Positions 1-12,209 of a DNA stretch of 64,000 nt are shown here, in pieces (position 1 is the stretch's first letter; every line of letters begins with the position of its first letter). Under the pieces are notes generated by a model. The model was not told the DNA's origin. It saw nothing but the letters and a program-made list of their open reading frames with translations, and did not search any database. Location: assembly GCF_009914755.1 (NCBI RefSeq), contig NC_060936.1; one strand, written 5' to 3'. The translations under genes were made by a program, and so were the position numbers. This DNA comes from the human T2T-CHM13v2.0 reference genome, Homo sapiens.

Positions 1-289
1 GCTGATAATCATTTAGTAAACATTTTCCTAGTCAATTACTAGAATTTCCTCACAGTATATTCCTCCTATTTAAAGAGTCTTTATTTAATATTTATGTTGC
101 ACACTCCCAGTTGGTTTATACATTTCAGTTTAGATTTAATTATTGTAAAGATTCATTGGTCACCACTATTTCATATCCTTATAACCATCTTAATCTTGAG
201 GTTTCTGTTTCCATTTGTTTGTAGTTTAGTTAGAATAGTTTCTCATATATTCAGAAAATATTTTAAACTGATTAATCATAAAAGCAGAG

Positions 290-3200
290 TGAATCACAAT
301 TTGTGAGATGCAGGTAAAATGGTACTTGGAGATAAATGTATAGCACTAAATGCCTATATTAGACAGGCAGAAATACTCACCACTATACTAGTAAGGAACA
401 ATGTCTACCTTAGAAATGACAAGAATTTCAAATCATTTATCTCAGAATTCACTTTAAGAAATGAAAGTAAGAAGAAAGATAACTCCAACAAAAATAAGCA
501 GAAGTAAGGAAATAAAGATCAGAGGGGAAATAAATGAAACAAAAGATCAATAGAGAAAAATCAATGAAACCAAAAGCTGTTTTTTGAGATGATTAGTCCA
601 ACTGGTAAATCTCTATTCAGGCTGACCAGGAAGTAAAGGAGAATAAAGAAGTAATCAATACCGGGAATGAGAGAAGTGACAGCAAAAGAGTTTTTATGGA
701 TATAAAAAGAATAAAGAAATGTTATGAATAACTGTTAGTATCAGTAAATTCAGCAACTTAGATGAAATGACAAATTCATTAAGAGAAGCAAGGTACCAAA
801 CCTCACTCATGAAGAAAAGTTCATAACTGACTAGCTCTCTACCTATTGAAGTAATTGTATTTGCAGTTAAAATCTTTATACAAAACAAAACAAAACTCCA
901 GGCCTCAATGGCTCTAGTGTTAAATTCTACCAAACATATAGTGAAGAAATAATAGCAATTCTACACAAACTCTTCCAGAAAGTTGAGGAGAGAGAATACT
1001 TGCCAACTTATTCTATGAAGCCAGCATTATTTTGATACCAAAATCAGATCAAGACATTATGAGAAAAGAAAACTATATGTATTAGTGTCTGTCATAAACA
1101 TAGATGTAAAAATTCTTAACAAAATTTTGGCAAATAGTATCCAACAATATATACAGGATGATACAATATGACTAAGTGAAGTTTACCCCAATAATGCAAG
1201 GTCTCTTAAACATGGGAGAATCAATTAATGTGATTCATCAGATTAACTAATAAAGAAAAACCATATAATCCTCTCCGCAGATGCAAGAAATCATTTGACA
1301 AAATCCAGCATCTACTTATGATAAAAACTCTCAGCAAAATAGAAAGAAATTTCTTAATCCTGATAAAAAGGCATTTATACACAACCTACAGTTAGTACCA
1401 TACTAGATTGTGAAAGACTGAATGCTTTTCTGTTAAGTTTAGAAACAAAGCAAGGATGTCCATTCTCAACACTTCTACCCAACATTGTACTGGAGGTTCT
1501 AGCTGGTGCAGTAAGTTACAAAAAAGAAATAAAATGCATTCATATTGGAAAGGAAGCAGTAGAACTGCTTCTTGCTTCTATTCCCACATGACATGATTTT
1601 CTATGTATAAAATCCTGTGAGACCTACATAAAAACTACAAGAAATAATAAGTGAGTTTAGCAGAGTTGCAGGATATAAGATCAATATACAAACATCAATT
1701 GTATTTCCCTACACTAACAATAAACAATTGGAATTTGAAATAAAAACCAACATAATTTACAACAGCACCAAAACTATGAAATTCTAAGGAATAAAACTGT
1801 CAAAAGATGTGTCAAGACCAATTAAATATTGCTGGGAAAAATCATACAGGACCTAAATAAATGGAAAGATATACTATGTTAATGAATTGGCACAGTCAAC
1901 ATTGTTAACATATCTGTTCTTCCCAAATATATCTATACATTCAATTTAATCCTAATCAAAATCCCAGCAGGTGCTTTGTTTGGTAGAAATTGTCAAGATT
2001 TTTCTAAATTTCATATGAAGTGCAAATGACCCAGAATAACCAAAACAACTTCGAAAAAAAGAACAAAGTTGACAAAGGTATACTACCTGACTTTAACACT
2101 TATTATAAAGACATGGTTATCCACATATTAGGATATTGGGGTCAAGATAGACAAACAGATCAATGAAACAAAATAGTGGTTTCAGGAATAGTGTGACACA
2201 CAGAGGGTCAACTGAGTTTTGACAAAGGTGAAAAATCAGTTCTGTAAAGAAAGGAGAGACTTTTAATGAATTATTCTGGGAAAATAGAATACCTATATGC
2301 CAAAAAAAATTTAATCCATATCTTTCATCATATATAAAAATTATCTCAAACTGTATCATAGGCCTACCCATACAATCTAAAACTACAAAATTTCTAGAAG
2401 AAAACTTAGAAAAAAACTTAGGGAAAGTCTTAACCTTACAGTAGGCACCAGAAGTACAATTATAAAAGAAAAAAATGATAAACAACTAAAATTTTCAGAC
2501 TCTTCCCTTTGAAAGACAATATTAAGAGAATGAAAAACAAAATGCTGATTAGAAGAAAACATTTGTGAATCATGTGATAACAAATGTATATCCAGAATAT
2601 ATAAAGAACTCTCAAAACTCAGTATTAAGAAAATAAATCAATTTTTAAAAATGAGCAAAAGATTTGAACAGAATCAGAGAAGGTATATGGAAGGGAAACA
2701 AGCATTTGAAAAGAGGCTCAACATCACTAGCCATTAGGAAAATGCAAATGAAAATGACAATTAGATACCACTTGTTAGAATGTCTAAAATCATTGCCAAA
2801 TGATGCGAATTAAGAGAAACTCTCATTCCCTGCTGGTGAGAATAGAAAATGTTACAACCACTTTGGAAAAGTTTGATGGTTTCTTAAAAAGCCAAATATA
2901 CATCCACTAGATGACCCAGCCATTTTACTGCTGAATATTTACCCAAAAGAAATAAAAACATATGCCATACAGAGACTTGTATAGGCATGTTTACAGCAGC
3001 TTTATTTGTAATAGCCAACAACTAGAAACATCCTAAAAGTCCATCAACAGATGAATGGATAAACAAATTGTGGCATATCTATACAACTGAATATTACTCA
3101 GCAATAAAAAGGAATGGATAGTTCATACACACAAGACATGGATGCATGTCAAAATCATTTTGCACAGTGAAAGAAACCAGACCAAAAGAATACATTCTGT

Positions 3201-3470
3201 ATGATTCCATTTATATAAAGTTCTAGAGAGTATAAACTTAAATATAGTGACAGAAAACAGATCAATGGCTCCTTGGGGATATGACAAGATTGGTAGGATT
3301 ACAAAGGGGCAAAAGGAAACTTTTGGGGCTGATGAATATATTCCTTTTCTTGATTGTGGTGATGGTTTCACAGGTGTGTATACATTTCTCAAGTATCAAA
3401 AAGGGTACACTTTAAATATATGCCGTTTGTTGTAGGTTAATGATACCTCAATAAGCCTACTTTAAAAAGT
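290..3470 (+). mobile_element. Old 5'-truncated LINE-1 (L1M, L1MC/MD-like): degenerate ORF2 plus 3' UTR
   Basis: Colinear with the L1 ORF2 at 23.9-26.9 kb (e.g. tatagcactaaatgcc; caaggatgtccattctc; caggatataagatcaatatac). A-rich sense strand, many stops, ends ...atacctcaataagcctactttaaaa. Confidence 0.9.
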
Positions 3471-3472
3471 TA

Positions 3473-3965
<493 letters not shown>

Positions 3966-4819
3966 CCAATGACCTGCTCTATATTGTAATGCCATGGTGA
4001 TCCTGAGGGGGTGAAACTCAGTGGTACCTCAATTTTGGCATGTTCTTAATATCAGTCTTCTTGTGTATTGCATAGCCATTGAAGTCCTAGGAGATTGAGA
4101 TAAATGTGTTATTTCAGGACACTGTCTGAAAACTGTCATAACTGCATTAAAATAAACCCATAATATTAGTTTAGGTATCTAAAATTAATTTATTCTTTTA
4201 AAAGTAAAAGGCAGCTAATATTCTGATTAATTTCAGACATCTCTTAATTAGGTTCGAGTTCATTAGGGGGAAAATACTTCTTTTTATACTTTATTCATTT
4301 CTTCAGCATTCACTGATTTCTTCAATAAATATTTATGTTCTAAGCATTTTGCCAGGCGGTGGGGAGATAGCTTTGAATATCCATGTACTTGTGGAATTTA
4401 TAGCCTTGTGGAGAAAATGAGTTTATCATTTAGAGAAATGTCCTTTGAGATGAGAGAAATTAAAACTTAGAGACATGACTTCCTATTGTGACCACATAGA
4501 GATGAGAAATACATTAGCAAAAACACTACCTGATTTAATAGGTGTTACTTGGTAAAACTCTGATGAAACAGTTAAGGTGAGTAAAATGATTTGGCAGAGG
4601 CAGCAGTTAATTATGTTTGCTAAGCAGGAAAATGACATTTGGGAAGGATGAAGGAAAACTTCTGAACAAGAGTTTTAAAAAAAAGATGAAGAAACTGGCT
4701 GAACCCTCCAAAATGTAATAACTATCTGTTTATGCTAGCATCAAGGTGACTGACATAAGGCACATACTTTTCAAAGAATGTGAGTCTTTCTAGTGATCAA
4801 AGCCATAGAAAATAGAAGG

Positions 4820-5120
4820 TAGCTAATATTTATTGGGCACCTACTATGGGTCTGGCCTTTTATATATGTTATCTCATTATGTAAAACAACATCAAACACA
4901 TATTGAGCATTTATTTACTGGGAGTCAGCTTCTATTCTAAACGTTCTACATGTATTGGCTCACTTTATTTTACAGTAAACTAGTAGTACTATTGTTATCA
5001 TCTCCTTTTATAGGGAATGAAAATAAGATACAGAGAAGTTATGAATTGTCTAAAGCTGCCCAGTTAAAACTTGAACCCTAAGTAGCCTGGCTCCAGAGCC
5101 TAACTAAGCTTTCAGCCACT
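4820..5120 (-). mobile_element. MIR fragments
   Basis: taatatttattgggcacctactatg; core ttttatagggaatgaaaataagatacagagaagttatgaattgtctaaag; cttgaaccctaagtagcctggctccagagcc. Confidence 0.75.
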
Positions 5121-5521
5121 ACTCTATGCCGCTTCTGTGTTCCAGGTGCACAGGATGGGAAACTTGTCCTTTTGCAGGAGTGAGAATGCTCATCCATACA
5201 CGTGCCAGCAAGTTTGTTTTAAAAGGGCTTCTTGGGGTTACTTTGTTGTTGTTTATTCTCCTTCCCCCCTTCACCTTACATTCATTATTCTTGGCTTCTA
5301 ATGTGAAAAGCCATGAGAAAAGGCAGGAGGAAATAACAAGAGGTGGGAGAATAGTAAAGCCCATCACCTGGATATTTTTATTTCATGTCAGCAAAGGGCT
5401 CTGCTGTGATTTTGAAATATTGCAGCTTCAGTGCTGTTTCCACATGGGTGCTCAGCTGGTCTGCAATGCATGGATGCCTGTGCTATGTGTCCAGAAGACA
5501 GCTGCCTTGATGAGATGGGGG

Positions 5522-5790
5522 ACAGTGTGGAGGTCGGTAGCCCAGACTCTCGAGCCAGACTGCCTGGGTTTGAATCCTGGCTCTTTTCCATGATTTAAAT
5601 ATTTGCTGCTTCTATTTTTAATATACAGCAATAGACTTGTTTCTGGGGGCTTAGTTGTTCTTTGGAAGAGTGAGGGGGGACACCTCACCCCATCTATCTC
5701 ATGGTTTTATTTGAAGCTGAAATGAAATAGCACGTGAAAAAAGCACTGTAACTTAGAGCTATCTCAATCGTAGGGATATATTGTTATCTT
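5522..5790 (+). mobile_element. MIR (split fragments)
   Basis: gagccagactgcctgggtttgaatcctggctct head; tail ctcatggttttatttgaagctgaaatgaaatagcacgtgaaaaaagcact. Confidence 0.7.
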
Positions 5791-5811
5791 TACTGCCAGT
5801 AAAATATATAC

Positions 5812-6064
5812 CTGTGTTGTTCATTCAGTCCCTCGACCAAGAGACTGGTCCTGCGCCATCAGTGCATTTCCTTGCCCAGTTCTCTTTGTTTCCAACAGAC
5901 AAAAATGCATGGGGTGAGCAGTCTGGCCAAATAACAGGAAAGCTAATTGTACCGTGAAGTGATCAGAATTCCCACACCCATGATGTTGTTGAAGGCTTTG
6001 TCTTATCTAATATGCACCAATAGCCAGGTCTTCAGCACTAAGCAGCCTGGTCTTTGCAATTTAT
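5812..6064 (-). other. Candidate spliced non-coding exon (253 nt)
   Basis: Minus strand: ttgctttttctctttttacttttag|ATAAATTG acceptor and ACACAG|gtatat donor. Stops in all three frames. No transcript evidence. Confidence 0.3.
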
Positions 6065-7074
6065 CTAAAAGTAAAAAGAGAAAAAGCAATGTGGGGCCAA
6101 GAGTGGCAAAGACAGGATGATTCTTATTTCTACCGTAATTAGCAAAAGGGACAATTAGTTATTTTAACATATTTTAAATAAAGGTTGGTTATTTTTGAAG
6201 GTACTGGTTTAAAAAAAGCACATAATTTCTTAAGAAGGCTATGCCCACATTGGGGAAAGAAACTGTGTATTCCACTAATAACTAAAGTGCTGGTGTCTAT
6301 GTGAGCCTGCCTTTCTGTCTTTTACATCTTGTGATACAGGTATAGGAGCTAGGAGTGAATAGTATTCATTTCTGTAGGACAGAATAAGAAAGATCTCGAC
6401 TAACAAATCTATTTTTAACTAGTAAGTAGCAGTATCTCATTTTTCCAATCCTAGGTGTCCTCTGATCTGAGAATTATAAACTACATGTCCTTCTTCCTTA
6501 TGGAGAAAAACTGACAGTAAGAATTAGCAGGAAAAGAGACAACCCATAAGAACAATGCTTCCTCCTGATAAAAGGATAGCCATTCTGAAATTCAAAAATA
6601 GAAATGCAAAGCAGAGGTAGCAGACAACAGAAAAATGAAAGGGATTGTCATTCCAAGAATTGGGGAATGCTATAGGTCAACAAAGTTCTGGATCATAACG
6701 CCGAGATTTAAATAGGAAAATACTCCAAGATTATGGTCTGATGTTAAAATGCTAAGGGAAGTCAGGAGCTTGGATTCAATTTTCCCTAAGGCCTTGCATT
6801 TTATTTCTAACTAAAATTTCATGGAGCACTTAAGAAATACCAGCCTTTACAAAACAGATCTGACAACTTATGTGCTGGGGTATGGTCTAAAATAGGAAAT
6901 GAAATTTAAGCCTAAAATGCTAAAATCTTTTGGCAGACAACAAAATTATATATATAGGCCATACCTGATTGGAAAAAAATAGTAATTCCGTTGATTTTGT
7001 TCTTGTTTTCCCTTCTTTTAAGGTTGCTGGCAAGTGTTTGAATCCCCATTGAGAAGAAGGTGATCAGAGAATTA

Positions 7075-7690
7075 AGTCATTGAGCCAGTCTGTGTGACAG
7101 CCTTTGTGTTAGGACCAGGGAGGAAAGGGAACATGTCCCAGCCTCAAAGATTTTAGAGTTTAGTGAGGAGGAAATTACCATAAAGAATGATCAGTATTAT
7201 ATTAAAGATGTGTGCAAGATATATAAAATGTTGAAGGAAGGGGAGGATGCTTAACTTGGCTTGGATAGAGAGCTTATAGAGGAGACCATCTAATCTGTGC
7301 CTTGAAGACGTAGTAGGAATTTTTGAGGCAAAAAGAAGGAAGATGGTGTTCCAGGCAGAGGGAACAGCATGTGCAAAGGTATGTTTGAGGAACTACAAAT
7401 GATTCATTATTGCTGTACTTCAAAGGTTATATGTGCATGTATGAGGAGGGAAATCTGCACAGAAATGGAGGCAGGATAAGTAGGAAACAGACAATCAAGG
7501 GACTTGTGTGCCATGAAAAAGAGAACTCTTTTCTTTCCTGAGAACAGAGAGATTTGATCAAATTGTTGTTGCACAAACATCCCCTGGAGGATGTGGGAGA
7601 TAGACGAATACAGGAAAGAAACTGGAAGTGGAAAGGTATAGAAAACCTGCAAGGCTCTTTCTCTTAAAGAGCAAATAGACAAAATGACCT
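7075..7690 (-). mobile_element. L2 fragment
   Basis: Hallmark gttccaggcagagggaacagcatgtgcaaagg at about 7348-7380. Confidence 0.8.
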
Positions 7691-8017
7691 AACTAATTAT
7701 TTTAGGAGACAGTCTTTAATGCAGAGGGGCCTCCAAATATTCTTAGTTTCCTAGAACAAAGTAAGCCCTGGTTCAACAGCTGACTGGACTTCCTGTGAAA
7801 GAAATTTAGTCTGCCATGCCTCAGCTGCAGAAGTCAGACATGAGAGGATTCTTCCCATAGAGAAGACTTGGTCTAATGTTGGTTCAAACTTAGCTTGATA
7901 GCCATGGCAAATGAACACTCTTTAGTTGCTAGAAGAGCAATGTTAAAATTTCAGGTGTTTCGTGTATGCTTTACAAAGTGATGAAAAATAATAACAATTT
8001 TTTTAAAAAAGATGATA

Positions 8018-8100
8018 GCTGAGAGGATTAAAGATGTTGATAAATACAGAAAGTGCTTAGAACAGTACTTGCATATATGCACTGAATAAATATTAGTGAA
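8018..8100 (+). mobile_element. MIR 3' fragment
   Basis: gaggattaaagatgttgataaatacagaaagtgcttagaacagtac...aataaatattag. Confidence 0.6.
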
Positions 8101-8969
8101 AATAAATATTAGCTATAACAATAAATATTGACTATATATTATTAGCTATAATAAGTATTTACCTATAATAACCATAATACATGTAATAATGTATTAATAA
8201 TAATTGGCTCCTGAATCAGAAACAAATTTCAAATAGTCACCTCTCTGAATAAGTTAGGTACTATCTAAAATCCATGAAATCTGTGATTTTGAAAGAACTC
8301 ATCAGGAAACTCTGGTTCAGTTTTTACATCCATCACTCTTCAGCAGATGTATTAAGATTAAGTATGAACACAGAAGAGGCACTGAATTTATTTTTTTCAT
8401 CTTAGCCTATTTTAACTGTTCCGAAATCTCATGATTAGAGTAAATACCTTCTGTGATGGATGCTTATTTACCTTCTTGATAAAGTCAACTGGTAAATCTC
8501 TAATTCTTATAAATCAGAAGCCAGAAAAATGTCTCAACCTGAAAATTAATGCTTATTTCCATTTTCTACTAATATTGTGAAAATCCAGGGCTAAAAACTG
8601 GTTTCTGCTTCATTTTTCCAGCAATCGTAAAATGTTTCTTTGGGTAAAGTGGGATAAATTTTCAGAGAATTTGACCCTCAATTCTGTGTGTATTTTTCAC
8701 ACTTAAGACAATCTTAGAAACTTCACATGCAGGAAATTTAATTTATTTCATATAGAAGCATTGGCTGAAAATTATAACATAAACCAAAAACAAAGAATAG
8801 AGCTGGCTTAAAAATGTTGAATTAACAGACTAAAATATATTTATACTATAATATAAACATATAATTAGGTAATTTAAACTAAGCATTGAGATTCATAATG
8901 ACCCAAAGTCTGGGGGTAGAAAAAGAGCTTTCTTTTCTTCTGTTTTCTATACAACTCAGAGCCAACCTG

Positions 8970-10080
8970 GGAATCTGTCATGGACAGTTATATTCACCAC
9001 CAAGCATGTGTCCTTCTCTTCTGATAACCACAATTTTCCTTGGGGGATTTACCCTCTCATTACTCGTAGTTCCTGTGCTTGGGAGGAGTTTCTTGCCTAT
9101 CATCTACTGGGATAGGTATATGACCAAAATCTGGTGCTGTCGGTGGCTTCTGAGATGGCTGCATTGATTCTTAGTTCCTTCTACTGAAGGCTTTGTGCAA
9201 GTCCCTCCCACTTGAATAACTTTCTTCTAATTAATAGCATACCTCAAAATTGGGAAGATGTCACTTCCATTATTAGATTACAAAGTTCTGACTTTGATCT
9301 TACTAAGAGATCCTCTTCCTTGCTGGTTTACTAGGAGATCCTCTTCCTTGATGAAGCAAGATTCTATGTTGAGGCCCGTGCCAAGGAATTGAAGAAAATC
9401 TATGGCCAACAGCCATCTAAGAAAGGAGGCCCTCAGTCCAACAGATCAAAAGGAACTGAATCCTATCAACAGCCATGTAAATGAACTTTGAAGTGTATCT
9501 CAGGATGAGCCTTCAGATGAGCCCCTTGCCCTGGCCTACACATTGACTGAAGCTTTGTGAAAGGGCCTGAAGCAAGGACCCAGTTAAGCCATGTCTAGAT
9601 TCCTGACCCACAGAAATTGCGAGATTATAAAATGTATGCTGTTTTAAGCTGCTAAATTTTGTGGTGATTTGTTATACAACAATAGACAAGAAATGCATCT
9701 GGGTGCTTTTTATGCTCCCCTGGCCAAAATGTTTCATTCAGAGTTGACCACATGATCCAACTCAGTACAATAAAAGTTAGGGTCTCTCTCCCTCTGCTGT
9801 ACACACAGGGCATAAGATTGCAAAGACTTAATCTTGGTGGTATTGGAAGTCTTACTTGAACCATTTGGAGTCTGAAAAGGAAGCCAACATAGAGCATAAT
9901 AGAGTAGAAAAATGGAAAGAGGCTGGTTCCTAATAACCTTTTTTGAGAATCCAGAATCAAGCTGCAACTGAAACTTGAATTTCCCTTGGATTTTTGGATA
10001 TGCCCCTTTATATTTTACAAATATAAAAAAATTATATTTTCAAGGTATATGTTTTTGCTTAAAACAATTTGAGTTATGAA
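8970..10080 (+). mobile_element. Old MaLR LTR (MLT1J/K-like), split by a younger MLT1 LTR
   Basis: gaccacatgatccaactcag, ggaagccaacatagag, tttttgcttaaaacaatttgagtt motifs on either side of the 9135-9697 insert. Confidence 0.55.
9135..9697 (+). mobile_element. MaLR solo LTR (MLT1E/F-like)
   Basis: TG...CA termini with exact 5-bp TSD tctgg (9130-9134 / 9698-9702); ttcctgacccacagaaattgcgaga...ttttaagctgctaaattttgtgg 3' motif. Confidence 0.85.
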
Positions 10081-11072
10081 CTAATATACTACATCATGAA
10101 ATAGTCATTGAATTCCTCTTCTTGCTTTTGTCTTGCAAATAATATTTTATTCTCTCTATAAAACAGTGATTAATTGTTAATAGAGTTAAGAAAACTGATG
10201 CTCAATGAAGGAATTCTCTACTTCAGTACCTGTGGAGTCTAAGATAAATTTTTAAAAATAAAGTGCTAAAAATCAGCTCAGTAGCATTTACATAGCTAGC
10301 TGATGTTGGATATAAGAACATTGACATGGATTTGAATTGTATAGTCACATGCATTTTGTTTTTTAAAATAATATAGAGACAAAATTTCCAACATGTTGCT
10401 TTCTACTGTGTCCACAGAACCCTTCATTCTATGCTGAATTCTACTCAAAGCCAAATAACATCTTTAAGTTTCCATGGACATTGAGCAAAGTTTCCCAGAT
10501 TCTACCGTGGTTGTGTTACAAGTTAAGTATTCCTTATCCAAATGCTTGAGACCAGAAGTGTTTCAAATTTTGGAATATTTGCATATACATAATAAGACAT
10601 CTTGGGAAAGAGACCCAAGTCTAAACATGGAATTCATTTGTGTTTCATATACATCTTGTACACATAGTCTGAAGGTAATTTAACACAATATTTTAAATAA
10701 TTTTGTGCATTTAAATAAGTTTGTATATCTTGAGCCATCAGAAAGCAAAGGTGTCACTATCTCAGCTGCCCATGTGGACAATCTGTGGTTGTTTGGCATC
10801 ATCATAATTCCTGATTCTGAAATTATATGCTACTGATAAGCAATCTTTTTTTATACTTACTCAACACAAGTACTTCATAGTAAAAAATAGGACATACCAT
10901 TAATACAGGAAAAAATAATGTGTTCAGGTTAGCTAATCCGCATAGTACCATCACCAGAATACCTGCATCAGCTGTTGAAGAAGAGCAACAACAAATAGTT
11001 GCAGGCTTCCAGGCTCCACCTACGATGCTGTGTTTTGATTGAAAGGTTTCTGTACACTGTGTTTTATTTTTT

Positions 11073-11386
11073 ATTTATTTACTTATTTTTAATTTTACTT
11101 TTGAGACCGAGTCCTGCTCTGTTGCTCAGGCTGGAGTGCAGTAGCATGATCTCCATTGACTGAAACTTCTGCCTCTGGGGTTCAAGTGATTCTCCTGCCT
11201 CACCCTCCCAAGTAGCTGGGATTACAGGTGCCCATCACCATGCCCGGCTAATTTTTTTGTATTTTCAGTAGAGATGGGGTTTCACCATGTTGGCCAGGCT
11301 GGTTTCAAACTCCTGACCTCAGGTGATCCGCCTGCCTCAGCCTCCCTAAGTGCTAGGATTACAGGTGTGAGCCACCACACTTGGCC
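11073..11386 (-). mobile_element. AluS (Sx/Sz-like) inserted in Tigger4
   Basis: Antisense Alu flanked by TSD tgtgttttatttttt. Confidence 0.95.
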
Positions 11387-11805
11387 TGTGTTTTATTTTT
11401 TTAGGTGGGAAGAAACATCAGACACAGGTGAGAGACCAGGAAGTGGGTCCTCCAGGGATCAGGAGGCATTCTACTGGTTGGCTTTTTAAAATGTTTCCTC
11501 CAGAGTCATTTGCCTCATTTACAATGTTTTTTGTCTTTTAAGTTTCTCTTTGATTTCATAAACTGACATGATTTCTTGTTATGAATGCATGCTGCTCTAG
11601 ACCTTCAACAAGTCCATCACACATTTTCACCATGTCATTATAGGCACTTTTTCCTCAGTATGAATGTCATCTTCATCATTACTACGATCATGATCACCTT
11701 GATTCAGAACCATTTCAGCTGCTTCAGGATTGGTCAATGAATGCACAAATGGAGCCTCAATGTTAAAAAAACTTCATTGATATGCACTTCTACCAGCTTA
11801 CTGAT

Positions 11806-12209
11806 TGATATAGTTTGAATGTCAAACTATATCATGTTGAGGTGTAATCCCTAGTGTTGGAGGTGTTTGGATCATGGGGGCAGATCCCTCATGAATGGCT
11901 TGGGCCATCCCCTTAGCGATAAGTGAGCTCTCATTCTCAGTTCACATGAGATCTGGTCATTAAAAAGTGTCTGGCACCTCCTCCTAATTATCTCTCTCTC
12001 GATCCCATTTTCTCCGTGTGAGATGCCTGCTCCCCCTTTGCCTTCCACCATCAATAAAGGCTCCCTGAGAGCCCCCCAGAAGCCAAGCAGATGCCAGCAC
12101 CCTGCTTCCTGTACAGCCTGCAGAGCCATGCGCCAATTAAGCCTCTTTTCTTTATAAATTACATAGTCTCAGATGTTTCTTTATTGCAATGCATGAACAG
12201 CCTAATATA
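11806..12209 (+). mobile_element. MSTB-like MaLR solo LTR inserted in Tigger4
   Basis: tgatatagtttg start, gcagatccctcatgaatggcttgggccatcccc motif, TSD ctgat (11801-11805 / 12210-12214). Confidence 0.9.

Noticed and set aside
6995-7065. Plus-strand micro-exon (ttcccttcttttaag|GTTGCTGG...AAG|gtgatc)
   Set aside because: Good acceptor but poor donor, with no supporting neighbouring exons.
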